A stretch of 52,962 bases of DNA, from contig CALVYF010000006.1 of assembly GCA_944372055.1 (NCBI GenBank), positions 1-52,962 of the forward strand. Direction: 5' to 3'. Shown here in pieces: positions 27,547 through 37,780 of the stretch. Under the pieces are notes generated by a model. That model was not told where the DNA came from. It saw only the letters and a program-made list of their open reading frames with translations, and searched no databases. How positions within the stretch are numbered: position 1 is the stretch's first letter; every line of letters begins with the position of its first letter. The stretch comes from an uncultured Bacilli bacterium. GTDB lineage: Bacteria; Bacillota_I; Bacilli_A; RF39; UBA660. Position numbers and translations under genes: made by a program.

Positions 27547-29245
27547 AGCGATTAAATGGTTTAAAGAATATAAATGGATTATAATTGTAGGGACATTTCT
27601 CTCTATGCCAATGATTGCTAAACATTTTGTATTAGGACACGACAGCTTATATCATGTGGCTAATATTGATACTTTATCAACTGCAATTAAAGATTTGAAC
27701 TTTTCCAAAATCTCCCCAGTTATTGCGGGTAATTTAGGGTATGGAGGAGCAATATTTTATCCTAAATTACCACATTTTTTCTTAGCGATAATCACTGCAA
27801 TACTATCATGTTTTAATCTTGGCGCCTCAACAGCAGTTAATATAGGGTACATGATAATAATCATTCTATCTGGAATTTTTATGTTTAAATTATTAAAAAT
27901 TCTTTTTAAGAAAAAAAACATGGCCTTATTAGGAAGTGCAATATATATTACTATGCCGTATTTCTTAAGCGAAATGTTTGTTCGTTCCGCTTTAAATGAA
28001 GCGGCTTTGTATATTTTTATGCCACTGGTGTTTATTGGACTGTTATACTTAAAAGACTTAGACATTAAAAAGTTTTATATTTATTTCATTATAGGGTATT
28101 TTGGAATAATAAATTCTCATTTAGTCCTTGCAGTATATTTTACTATAGTTGTATCTCTATATTTGTTAATAAACATAAAAGATTATATTGCAAAAGAAAG
28201 GTTAAAGCATTTATTTATCAGTGCTGGTATACTACTTATTTTATCATTACCAACATTTGTACTAATGTTAGAACATAAAGCCACAGGAATATATGCAGTA
28301 TTCAATTCAGAAATAATGGGAAGTACAGTAGAAAATGTAAAGGCATATAGCTTAAATATAAATAGTTACCTAAATATGGATTTATTAACCGAAAATGTGA
28401 TTCATTACTTTATAAATATTGTAGTAATAGTTTTATCAATCATGGGAATTATATATCTTATATTTAAAGAAAAAAATAAAGACACTAAGATAAAAATTTA
28501 TGGATTTTTAGGAATACTAATTTTATCCTTAATCATGGCAAGTAGATTATTTCCATACGAATATATTCCTGAATTATTATTGTCAATTCAATTTGCTTGT
28601 AGAATAGAAACATTTATTTGTTTTGTATTAAGTATCATTGCAGCCTATAGCCTAAAGTGGATAACATCAAAAGTAACATTAACCAATATTGTAATAATAG
28701 TAACAATCTCATTTTCTTGTCTAATTGCAGCAGTAATCATAAACGGAGCACCATTTGCCTCAAATATATCATGGGATAAATATGCAGGGATGGGATTTCA
28801 AAAAGAATATTTAACAATGAATGGATTAAAAAACTTAGATTATATTGATAAGAGGGATACAGATATTAAAATTTTGTCAAAGGATAGTAACGTAAAAATA
28901 ACAAATATAAATAATCATATACCATATTTGTCATTTGACATATCCAAAAAGGAAGACAAGGAAACACTAAATTTAGAATTACCAAGGCTATACTATTTAG
29001 GATATAAAATCACACTAACAACAAAAAATGGAGAAAAAATAAATTTGAATTACAAAAATAATAAATATGGATTTATTAAAATAACAGTTCCAGAAAATGG
29101 CCATATAGAAATGAAATATACGGGAACTTTACTATATCAAGTGTTCTCATGGATTCGAAATATAACAATATTAATATTTATTGTTGTCGTGATAAAATAT
29201 AAATATAATCAGAAAAAAGAAAAGAGATTATCTAATAATTTGTAG
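27536..29245 (+). CDS. GT-C-type membrane protein (PTPS-related/YfhO-like)
   Basis: GHDSLYH, LGYG..IFYP, RSALNE, IQF..R, EY, C-terminal LELP.LYY.GY and terminal TM. Confidence 0.72.
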   Translation: MKNKAIKWFKEYKWIIIVGTFLSMPMIAKHFVLGHDSLYHVANIDTLSTAIKDLNFSKISPVIAGNLGYGGAIFYPKLPHFFLAIITAILSCFNLGASTAVNIGYMIIIILSGIFMFKLLKILFKKKNMALLGSAIYITMPYFLSEMFVRSALNEAALYIFMPLVFIGLLYLKDLDIKKFYIYFIIGYFGIINSHLVLAVYFTIVVSLYLLINIKDYIAKERLKHLFISAGILLILSLPTFVLMLEHKATGIYAVFNSEIMGSTVENVKAYSLNINSYLNMDLLTENVIHYFINIVVIVLSIMGIIYLIFKEKNKDTKIKIYGFLGILILSLIMASRLFPYEYIPELLLSIQFACRIETFICFVLSIIAAYSLKWITSKVTLTNIVIIVTISFSCLIAAVIINGAPFASNISWDKYAGMGFQKEYLTMNGLKNLDYIDKRDTDIKILSKDSNVKITNINNHIPYLSFDISKKEDKETLNLELPRLYYLGYKITLTTKNGEKINLNYKNNKYGFIKITVPENGHIEMKYTGTLLYQVFSWIRNITILIFIVVVIKYKYNQKKEKRLSNNL

Positions 29246-29268
29246 AAAAAAAGTTTATATGCTATAAT
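29240..29268 (+). promoter_or_regulatory. SigA-type promoter for wzt-wzm
   Basis: TTGTAG (29240-29245), 17 nt, TG-C-TATAAT (29263-29268). Confidence 0.65.
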
Positions 29269-29321
29269 GTAGTAGCAAACAAAAATAGCACAGTAATATA
29301 TTGGAGAAACGAGGTATTGAT

Positions 29322-30065
29322 GTGGAAAAAGATATTGCAATCAAAGTAACACATGTGTCAAAGACATTTAAGCTTTACTATGATAAAGCGAATACATTAA
29401 AAGAAAAAATATTATTCTTTTCAAAAAAAAGTAAAAGTAAAGATTCTATTTTACATGTGTTAAATGATATTAATCTAACCATAAAAAAAGGAGAAAGTGT
29501 TGCTCTAATCGGAACAAATGGTAGTGGTAAATCAACGTTATTAAAATTAATGACAAAAATTATTTATCCAAACAAAGGTAAAATAACTACTAATGGAAAA
29601 TTAACTTCACTTTTAGAATTAGGTGCTGGATTTCATGATGATTTTACAGGAAGAGAAAATATCTACTTTAATGCATCAATTTTTGGATTAACAAGAAAAC
29701 AAATTGATGAAAAAATTGATGAAATTATTGAATTTTCAGAATTACATGATTTTATTGATAACCCAGTAAGAACATATTCCTCAGGAATGTATATGAGATT
29801 AGCCTTTTCGGTAGCAATCAATGTACAAGCAGATATTCTTTTAATCGACGAAATATTAGCGGTTGGAGATCAACACTTCCAAGAAAAATGTTTCAATAAA
29901 CTAAAGGAATTAAAAAAAGAAGGAAAAACAATTGTTATTGTTACTCATAGTATGAATCAAGTCAAACAATTCTGCGATAGAGCTGTATGGTTATATAAAG
30001 GTGAAGTTAGAATGGACGGAAAAGTAGATAATGTATTAGAAGAGTACTTGAAGGTGTGTGGATAA
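29322..30065 (+). CDS. wzt: Polysaccharide/teichoic acid ABC exporter ATP-binding subunit (Wzt/TagH-like)
   Basis: GTG start after GAGGT; GTNGSGKST, ELGAGF...TGREN, YSSGM..RLAF, LLIDE, VTH. Confidence 0.93.
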   Translation: MEKDIAIKVTHVSKTFKLYYDKANTLKEKILFFSKKSKSKDSILHVLNDINLTIKKGESVALIGTNGSGKSTLLKLMTKIIYPNKGKITTNGKLTSLLELGAGFHDDFTGRENIYFNASIFGLTRKQIDEKIDEIIEFSELHDFIDNPVRTYSSGMYMRLAFSVAINVQADILLIDEILAVGDQHFQEKCFNKLKELKKEGKTIVIVTHSMNQVKQFCDRAVWLYKGEVRMDGKVDNVLEEYLKVCG

Positions 30066-30840
30066 AATGAAAGTATTTAAAGAGTTATATAATTATAGAG
30101 AATTATTAAAAACTAATATTAAGAAAGAGATTCGTGGTAAATACAAAGGATCTTGGCTAGGAGTTTTATGGACTTTCTTAAATCCATTATTAATGTTAGC
30201 TGTATATTCGTTTGTATTTCCATATATCTTAAGAGTAAATGTAGAAAACTATACAATTTTTATGATTGTAGCTTTAATCCCATGGAACTTCTTTACTGCT
30301 GCAATCCAAATGGGAACCGGTAGTGTAGTAGCCAATGGAGCAATCTTAAAGAAAGTATATTTTCCTAGAGAAATTATTCCAATCTCAATCACAACAAGTC
30401 AATTAGTAAACTTTTTAATAACTTGTATTATCATGTTTGCCTTTATTATTTTTAGTGGAGTAGGATTTTCAATTCATTTATTACTATTCCCAGTATTAGT
30501 ATTAATTCAATACCTTATTACACTAGCATTAACATTTATTTTATCAGCTATAACAGTCTTTGTTAGAGATATTGATCATTTTGTAAGTGTAATATTAATG
30601 CTTGGATTTTATGCAACACCTATTGTATATCAAGCTAATATGTTACCAGAAAAATTTCAATGGATATTAAACTTAAATCCAATGGCACAGTTAGTAGAAG
30701 CATATAGAGATATTCTTTATTATCATCAAATGCCTCATTGGTCAATATTAGGAATTTGGGGAGTATTAAGTATAGTATTGGTAATAATTGGATATTTAAT
30801 ATTTAAAAAGCTAGAAAAGAGCTTTGTAGAAGAACTATAA
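30058..30840 (+). CDS. wzm: Polysaccharide ABC exporter permease (Wzm/TagG-like)
   Basis: YKGSWLG.LW..LNPL, KKVYFPRE, RD, FYATPIVY, LNP; start GTG 30058 or ATG 30067. Confidence 0.93.
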   Translation: MDKMKVFKELYNYRELLKTNIKKEIRGKYKGSWLGVLWTFLNPLLMLAVYSFVFPYILRVNVENYTIFMIVALIPWNFFTAAIQMGTGSVVANGAILKKVYFPREIIPISITTSQLVNFLITCIIMFAFIIFSGVGFSIHLLLFPVLVLIQYLITLALTFILSAITVFVRDIDHFVSVILMLGFYATPIVYQANMLPEKFQWILNLNPMAQLVEAYRDILYYHQMPHWSILGIWGVLSIVLVIIGYLIFKKLEKSFVEEL

Positions 30841-30964
30841 ACAACCGATAGGTTGTTTTTATTTGTTTTTGTATTTTAAACATGTTACAATATTATTGTA
30901 AAAATAGAAAGCTAAGAAAAAGAAAATCAAAAAAGTGAATATGTATATATTGAAAGGAGAACAT

Positions 30965-33262
30965 ATGAAAAAGAAATCAATTTTTTTATTACTACTATTA
31001 TTATCACCAACAATTTCTGTATCAGCTGAAGAGATAGATACATCATCAGTGGTGGAAGATTATACAGAAATAAAAGAAACTATGCCCCCTACAGAATCAA
31101 CATCTCAAATAGTTAATGAAGAACAGAAAATAAAGCAATCAAAGGAAGCAACACAAACAGGATGGGTTGAAGAAAACGGCAAAAAATATTATTTGGAAAA
31201 TGGTTCTAAGGTAACAGGGTTTAAAAAAATCAACGAAAAGGTATACTTTTTTTCAAGGGATAATACTCAATATGGAGTAATGAGAACAGGAAAGTTTCAG
31301 ATAGGTAATTTTTATTACTGTTTCGATAATACAACAGGAGCAATGTTTACCGGATTATTTGAATATAATAATCAAAAATATTATGCAAATAATAATGGAG
31401 AACTACAGCTTGGATATCAAAGCGTAGATGGAAAAACATATTTCTTTTCAAGAGATAAAACAATGTATGGAGCTCTAAAAACAGGAAAGTTCGAAGTAGA
31501 TGGACAATATCGAATTTTCAATGAATACCTACAAACCGGATTATTTGAATATAATGGTCAAAAATATTATGCAGATGATGAAGGAAATCTTCAACTAGGA
31601 TTCCAAAATATAGAGGGAAAGAAATATTTCTTTTCAAGGGATAATACTCAATATGGAGTAATGAGAACAGGAAAGTTTCAGATAGGTGATTTTTATTACT
31701 GTTTCGATAATACAACAGGAGCAATGTTTACCGGATTATTTGAATATAATAATCAAAAATATTATGCAAATAATAATGGAGAACTACAGCTTGGATATCA
31801 AAGCGTAGATGGAAAAACATATTTCTTTTCAAGAGATAAAACAATGTATGGAGCTCTAAAAACAGGAAAGTTCGAAGTAGATGGACAATATCGAATTTTC
31901 AATGAATACCTACAAACCGGATTATTTGAATATAATGGTCAAAAATATTATGCAGATGATGAAGGAAATCTTCAACTAGGATTCCAAAATATAGAGGGAA
32001 AGAAATATTTCTTTTCAAGGGATAATACTCAATATGGAGTAATGAGAACAGGAAAGTTTCAGATAGGTGATTTTTATTACTGTTTCGATAATACAACAGG
32101 AGCAATGTTTACCGGATTATTTGAATATAATAATCAAAAATATTATGCAAATAATAATGGAGAACTACAGCTTGGATATCAAAGCGTAGATGGAAAAACA
32201 TATTTCTTTTCAAGAGATAAAACAATATATGGAGCTCTAAAAACAGGAAAGTTCGAAGTAGATGGAAAGTATCAAATTTTCAATGAATACCTACAAATTG
32301 GATTATTTGAATTTGAAGGAAACAAATACTATGCTAACAGTAAAGGAGTTTTACAAACGGGATTTCACACAATTAATGGAAAAAGATATTTCTTTTCTGG
32401 AGATAAAATTAGATTTGGAGTTATGAGATATGGTTGGATTCAATATAATGGGTATAGATATTATTTGGATTCAGATGGAACTGTAGTAACTGGTTATAAA
32501 AAAATTGACGGCCGTGAATACATGTTTGATGATCAGGGAAGAATGAACACCGGTTTTGTAACAATTAATGGAAATACATATTATTACTATGCTGATGGAA
32601 CATTTGCTAATGACTGGCTACAAATTGGAAATAAAAAATATTTTTTCAATTCCCTAGGAGTACAAATAGGAGCAAATGTAAAAAAAGTAATAGATGTTTC
32701 TTATCATCAAGGCATAATAGATTGGGATAAGGTTATAGCAGAAGGAAGCGTAGATGGTGTAATATTAAGGATTGCAGCCGGCTGTGAAGAAGAAGACACA
32801 CAGTTAGCTAGAAATATATCAGAATTAAAAAGGTTGGGAATCCCTTATGGTATTTATATTTACAGTTATGCAGAAAACTATAATGAAGGTAGATTATATG
32901 CTGAATTTACTGTAAATGTTATAAAAAAATATGGTATGAATCCAACTTTAGGAATATACTTAGACTTAGAATCAAATTCTGTAACTTCATATATGGGGGT
33001 TACTGAATATACAAATGTAGTAAATGGATATATGGATGTCATGAAAGCTAATGGTTATGGAAATAATACTAAAATATATACATATAAAAACTATGCAGAC
33101 ACAGCATTAAATAGTGAATATCTAAGGAGTCTAATCGCCTGGGTAGCACAATATAACCATTATTGTACATATACAGGAAGTTATGTTGGATGGCAATACT
33201 CTTCAACAGAAAAAATCCCAGGTATTAATACTAATGTTGATGTAAATGTATGGTTTAATTAA
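30965..33262 (+). CDS. Secreted GH25 muramidase with long array of cell-wall/choline/glucan-binding (YG-type) repeats
   Basis: ATG 30965 after GAAAGGAG; signal peptide; G.M.TG...YYF repeats; C-terminal IDVSYHQG.IDW...GIY.YS...LDLE...W.AQY...WQYSS...VD.N. Confidence 0.92.
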   Translation: MKKKSIFLLLLLLSPTISVSAEEIDTSSVVEDYTEIKETMPPTESTSQIVNEEQKIKQSKEATQTGWVEENGKKYYLENGSKVTGFKKINEKVYFFSRDNTQYGVMRTGKFQIGNFYYCFDNTTGAMFTGLFEYNNQKYYANNNGELQLGYQSVDGKTYFFSRDKTMYGALKTGKFEVDGQYRIFNEYLQTGLFEYNGQKYYADDEGNLQLGFQNIEGKKYFFSRDNTQYGVMRTGKFQIGDFYYCFDNTTGAMFTGLFEYNNQKYYANNNGELQLGYQSVDGKTYFFSRDKTMYGALKTGKFEVDGQYRIFNEYLQTGLFEYNGQKYYADDEGNLQLGFQNIEGKKYFFSRDNTQYGVMRTGKFQIGDFYYCFDNTTGAMFTGLFEYNNQKYYANNNGELQLGYQSVDGKTYFFSRDKTIYGALKTGKFEVDGKYQIFNEYLQIGLFEFEGNKYYANSKGVLQTGFHTINGKRYFFSGDKIRFGVMRYGWIQYNGYRYYLDSDGTVVTGYKKIDGREYMFDDQGRMNTGFVTINGNTYYYYADGTFANDWLQIGNKKYFFNSLGVQIGANVKKVIDVSYHQGIIDWDKVIAEGSVDGVILRIAAGCEEEDTQLARNISELKRLGIPYGIYIYSYAENYNEGRLYAEFTVNVIKKYGMNPTLGIYLDLESNSVTSYMGVTEYTNVVNGYMDVMKANGYGNNTKIYTYKNYADTALNSEYLRSLIAWVAQYNHYCTYTGSYVGWQYSSTEKIPGINTNVDVNVWFN
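31250..32311 (+). repeat. Near-identical 381-nt tandem repeat, ~2.8 copies
   Basis: TTTTCAAGGGATAATACTC at 31250, 31631 and 32012; identical antisense shadow ORFs at 31518 and 31899. Confidence 0.97.
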
Positions 33263-33273
33263 GGGGGATAGCT

Positions 33274-34203
33274 ATGGAAAAAGAAAAGATTTCAGTTATT
33301 ATCACAACATATAACAGAAGAACGTTTTTAGAAAAAGCAATAGAGAGTGTTTTTTCTCAAACATATCAAAATATAGAAATAATTATTATTGACGATTGTT
33401 CTAAAGATGATACAGCAAGTTTTTGCGAAAACTTAAAAGACCAAAGAATTAAATTTTATAGAAATGAGCACAATCAAGGGTGTGGCCCTAATAGAAAGAA
33501 AGCCTTAGAAAAGTACGCAACAGGAAAATACATCATATTTTTAGATGATGATGATAGTTTTACCAATAAGGATTATTTCAAAGCGGCTATAAAAATGTTA
33601 GAGAAAAACCAAAAACTGTCTATGGTATGTGCACCACATATCGTCTACGACAAGATGCACAATACAAAAACGGAAAAGCAATTTCCTTATAAGCAAATAG
33701 TAGATAACAAAGACTTTTTTCTCCATTTTGGAAATGAAAAATATCCAAAGCCGATAATCAGTATAGCTATTATTAGAAAAAAAGCCTTGGAATTCGCAGG
33801 GTATCAAGAAATGAAAATATTAAATGATACTACAATCTTTTTAAGAGCACTAATATATGGACCAATGGGATTTATAGACAAAATATCAGCACAATATTTA
33901 GTTCACGGTAATAATATCTCTTTTTCTTGTACTACAGATTTTATTATCGATAATCTTGAAGAAAAATATAAAGTTTATTGCAAAATACCAGAAAGCTTTG
34001 GTTTAAATAGTGAAGAAAAGAAACAATGGCTGATAAATCAATGTGATATTACAATTATATATTTTATTAAAGGATCAAAACCAAATTATTTTCACTTCAG
34101 GAAATTATTAACTTGGGTAAAGAAAAGATTGAAGGACAAGGCACTTATCAAGAATTATAAGGATATATATAAAGGAAATAAAAAATTAGAAAAAAGTATA
34201 TAA
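33274..34203 (+). CDS. GT2 family glycosyltransferase
   Basis: SVIITTYNR, IDDCSKD, FLDDDD. Confidence 0.92.
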   Translation: MEKEKISVIITTYNRRTFLEKAIESVFSQTYQNIEIIIIDDCSKDDTASFCENLKDQRIKFYRNEHNQGCGPNRKKALEKYATGKYIIFLDDDDSFTNKDYFKAAIKMLEKNQKLSMVCAPHIVYDKMHNTKTEKQFPYKQIVDNKDFFLHFGNEKYPKPIISIAIIRKKALEFAGYQEMKILNDTTIFLRALIYGPMGFIDKISAQYLVHGNNISFSCTTDFIIDNLEEKYKVYCKIPESFGLNSEEKKQWLINQCDITIIYFIKGSKPNYFHFRKLLTWVKKRLKDKALIKNYKDIYKGNKKLEKSI

Positions 34204-34265
34204 TCAAAGCAGGGCTGCAGTGCTCTGCTTTGATATTTGTAATAGTAATAAATATTTGATATAAT
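34203..34265 (+). promoter_or_regulatory. Terminator hairpin followed by SigA promoter
   Basis: ATCAAAGCAGGGC/GCTCTGCTTTGAT stem; TTGTAA (34237-34242), 17 nt, TG-A-TATAAT (34260-34265). Confidence 0.7.
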
Positions 34266-34313
34266 GAAAAGGAAGAATAAAAGGAACAGAATAATAATAA
34301 AAAGAGGTGGATT

Positions 34314-36644
34314 ATGGACTATAATTATCAAAAAAGACCTGGTAAAAAAATAGAATTAATAGGAGAAATAGAAAATAAAGAAAAACCAACTATCAGCATT
34401 GTTACCCCGTTTTATAATGGTGGAAAAACATTATTAGAAACTGCAAATAGTGTATTCAGTCAAACGTATCCATATTTTGAGTGGATAATTGTTGACGATG
34501 GTTCTAAAGATAAGGAATCGCTAAAAAAGCTAGATGAAGTAGCCAAGATGGATAAGAGAATTAAAGTATTTCATAAAGAAAATGGTGGACCATCAATTGC
34601 CAGAGATTATGGAATAGAGCATACTAGTAAAGATACGAAATATATATTTTTCCTAGACTGCGACGACATCTTAGATAAGACAATGTTAGAAGTTCTATAT
34701 TGGACATTAGAAACCCATCCAGAAGGTTCTTTTGCTTATACTACTATGGTGAATTTTGGAGAAAGAGAATTTTTGTGGGAAAGATATTTAACAGTAGATG
34801 ATCAAAAAGAAGAAAACCTAATTTGTATTAGTAGTATGGTAAGAAAAGAGGACCTACAAGAGGTTGGTGGTTTCGGCATTAAAGAAAAAGCAATGTATGA
34901 AGACTGGAATCTTTGGTTAAAATTATTGGAAAAGAAAAAAGTACCAATTCGAGTTAATTCACCAATTTTTTGGTATCGTACTAGTAACTCTGGAGAATTT
35001 TCTAGAGCAAATAAAAATAAAGAACAAGCAATGCGATATGTAAATGAGACAGCAAGTAGAATAACCGAAGATGTAGATATTATTCAATTCCCTAGAGAAG
35101 GAAAAAAATATGATACAGTAAAAGCACATCTTCAAATGGTACTGCCAAAATATAAAAAAAATAAAAAGACAAAAATTCTATTTATTATTCCCTGGGCGGT
35201 AACAGGAGGGGCTGATTTCTTTAATTTGGACTTAATAAAAAGATTAGATAAAGAAAAATATGAAGTAACTCTGTTAATGACAACACCAAGTGAAAATCCT
35301 ATTAGACAACAATTCGAAGAAGTTTGCTCTACAGTATATGATATGTCAACATTCCTAGAACGAAGTGACTATTTAAATTTTGCAGATTATATTATGGAAT
35401 CAAGAAATATAGATTTAGTTTTTGTAAGTAATACCCCATATGGATATTACATGATACCATATCTAAAGAGAAAATATCCAACTGTTCCATTTATTGATTA
35501 TATTCATTCTGTAGATTTAAGGGATCCAAGGGAAAGCTTTGGCAGATGCTCTATGGACGTAGATAGTTATTTAACCAAAACATATTGTTGTAATAATTTT
35601 ACAAAAAATCAATTGGAAAAAGATTACCATAGAACAAATGTAGAAACATTATATATTGGAACAGATGCTGATAAATTTAATCCAAAAAATTATGATAAAT
35701 ATGAAATGCGCAAAAAATATCATATTCCACAAGATAAAATAGTAATTTCATTTATCGCAAGATTATCTGAAGAAAAACGTCCAGAAATGTTTATAGAAAT
35801 CGGTAAGCGTTTATTGCAAAATAATCCAAATTTATTCTTTGTAATTGCAGGTGATGGATATTTATATAATCCTGTTAGCAGTAAAATAGATGAGAATTTT
35901 ACAATGCTAGGAATGGTTACAAGTGAAGATACAGTAGAAGTATATACTTTAAGTGACATGACATTAAACTGTTCATCATTAGAAGGATTAGCATTAACAT
36001 CATATGAATCATTAGCTATGGGAGTACCAGTAGTATCAACTGATGTTGGCGGTCAAACAGAACTAATTGATGATACAGTAGGAGGGATAGTTCATTATCA
36101 TAAAGATGCAACAGAAGAAGAATATGAAGAAGAGATTAATAATTATGTAAAAGAAACAGAAAGAGTAATAGAAAATTTAGACAAAATAAAAAGTAATTGT
36201 CGTAAAAAGATTTTAGATGGCTTTACCTTAAATATAATGGCAAATAAATTTGATAAAATATTTACAGAAAGCATAAAAAAAGAGAAAAATAAAAAGACTA
36301 CTTATCCAATAAATGATTATATGGAGTATAATTTAGCAATAGAAAGTCTATATACAGATTATTTCTTTACTGTAAAAAATTACTTGGAAACAAAATTTGA
36401 TATCTATTATGATCCAGACAGAAAGCCAAGAAAGAAAGGTAGAATTTACTATCTTAAAAGAAGATTATCCAAAGTTTTAAATAGAGCTCATGCTAAACAA
36501 GAAGCATTAAAAATTGCAAATGCTATAAGATGTCTATATAAGGTGTTTTATAATTTAGCATATTTCTTAAAATTCTTTATTTTATCGATACCAGCAGCTT
36601 TTGTATTATTTTATAAATTATTAATGAGAAATAGAAACAATTAA
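34314..36644 (+). CDS. Bifunctional GT2-GT4 glycosyltransferase (probable polymerising enzyme)
   Basis: N-terminal VTPFYN, VDDGS, FLDCDD, YEDW; C-terminal TGGAD, ARLSEEKRP, EGL.L..YESLAMGVPVV.TDVGG. Confidence 0.9.
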   Translation: MDYNYQKRPGKKIELIGEIENKEKPTISIVTPFYNGGKTLLETANSVFSQTYPYFEWIIVDDGSKDKESLKKLDEVAKMDKRIKVFHKENGGPSIARDYGIEHTSKDTKYIFFLDCDDILDKTMLEVLYWTLETHPEGSFAYTTMVNFGEREFLWERYLTVDDQKEENLICISSMVRKEDLQEVGGFGIKEKAMYEDWNLWLKLLEKKKVPIRVNSPIFWYRTSNSGEFSRANKNKEQAMRYVNETASRITEDVDIIQFPREGKKYDTVKAHLQMVLPKYKKNKKTKILFIIPWAVTGGADFFNLDLIKRLDKEKYEVTLLMTTPSENPIRQQFEEVCSTVYDMSTFLERSDYLNFADYIMESRNIDLVFVSNTPYGYYMIPYLKRKYPTVPFIDYIHSVDLRDPRESFGRCSMDVDSYLTKTYCCNNFTKNQLEKDYHRTNVETLYIGTDADKFNPKNYDKYEMRKKYHIPQDKIVISFIARLSEEKRPEMFIEIGKRLLQNNPNLFFVIAGDGYLYNPVSSKIDENFTMLGMVTSEDTVEVYTLSDMTLNCSSLEGLALTSYESLAMGVPVVSTDVGGQTELIDDTVGGIVHYHKDATEEEYEEEINNYVKETERVIENLDKIKSNCRKKILDGFTLNIMANKFDKIFTESIKKEKNKKTTYPINDYMEYNLAIESLYTDYFFTVKNYLETKFDIYYDPDRKPRKKGRIYYLKRRLSKVLNRAHAKQEALKIANAIRCLYKVFYNLAYFLKFFILSIPAAFVLFYKLLMRNRNN

Positions 36645-36661
36645 TTAGAAAGTGTGGTTTT

Positions 36662-37765
36662 ATGAAACGAAAGAGTTGTCTAGTAATAGGATATATGAAC
36701 TTAAATTTTGGAGATGATCTTTTTTTCTATATTTTATTTAAAAGATATCCACAAGTAGATTTTTACATGTATCCACCATCTGTATTATTGGATAAATATA
36801 AAAAATGTTATAAAAAGTTCAAAAATGTTAAATTTTATGAAGAAGAAGAGTATTATATTAATGTTAGAAAAGACATAGTAGATAAAAATACTGCTATTAA
36901 TTTATTTCCAATGATATGCGAAAGAGCAAAAAAAGTAGATTTTTACATCAATATTGGTGGAAGTATTTTTATTCAAAATGATAATTGGAAAAACGATGAC
37001 AGATTTATTTTAAAAGACTTATTAAATGATAAAAAATCATTTATCATTGGATGTAATTTTGGACCAGGGGATGATGAATTTACAGAATTTTATAAAAACT
37101 GGTTTGCTAAATTTGATGATGTGTGTTTTAGAGATAACAAATCTTATGAAATTTTTAAAGAATTGCCAAATACTAGAAAAGCTACGGATATCGTACTATC
37201 AAATTGTAAAAAGAATTTAATATCTAATGCATTATATAAAAAGAATATCGCAATATCAGTAATTGATATTACAAATAATAAAAATTTAAAAGACTACGTA
37301 GATTGTTATTATGAGTGGCATATAAAAGTAATAAAAAATTATATACATAGAGGATATAATATAAATTTATTTTCCTTCTGTACAACTGATGGCGATTTAA
37401 AAGCCATTAATGAAATTTTAAAAGGAATTAATGAAGAAGATAAAAAGCATATAAAAGTAATACAATATAATGGTTCAATATCTCGATTTTTAAATAAATT
37501 CAAAAGAAATAAATATGTTATTGGCACAAGATTTCATTCAATCATTTTAGCCATTATGAATAATCAAGAATTCATCCCAATTTCTTATAGCAAAAAGACT
37601 GACAACTTTTTAAAAGATTTAGAATCTAGTATAAAAGCAGTACAAATAAAGGACTTAAATAAAAAATCAAAAAAGAATTTAAAATTTTATCATGTAATAC
37701 AAGATTTTGACGCAGAAAAGCAATTTGAGAAAATAGATCAATATATAAAAAATAAGACACATTAG
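36662..37765 (+). CDS. Polysaccharide pyruvyl transferase family protein
   Basis: NFGDDL, IGGSIF, FGP, FRD..S, GTRFHS, ISYSKK. Confidence 0.9.
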   Translation: MKRKSCLVIGYMNLNFGDDLFFYILFKRYPQVDFYMYPPSVLLDKYKKCYKKFKNVKFYEEEEYYINVRKDIVDKNTAINLFPMICERAKKVDFYINIGGSIFIQNDNWKNDDRFILKDLLNDKKSFIIGCNFGPGDDEFTEFYKNWFAKFDDVCFRDNKSYEIFKELPNTRKATDIVLSNCKKNLISNALYKKNIAISVIDITNNKNLKDYVDCYYEWHIKVIKNYIHRGYNINLFSFCTTDGDLKAINEILKGINEEDKKHIKVIQYNGSISRFLNKFKRNKYVIGTRFHSIILAIMNNQEFIPISYSKKTDNFLKDLESSIKAVQIKDLNKKSKKNLKFYHVIQDFDAEKQFEKIDQYIKNKTH

Positions 37766-37780
37766 ATATGTGTCTTATTT
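37750..37780. terminator. Bidirectional terminator overlapping both convergent stop codons
   Basis: AAATAAGACACAT-tagat-ATGTGTCTTATTT perfect 13-bp inverted repeat. Confidence 0.75.

Noticed and set aside
31250-32311. Regular repeats considered as a CRISPR array or DGR template/variable repeat
   Set aside because: Contiguous in-frame coding repeats with no unique spacers; no cas or reverse transcriptase gene in the window.
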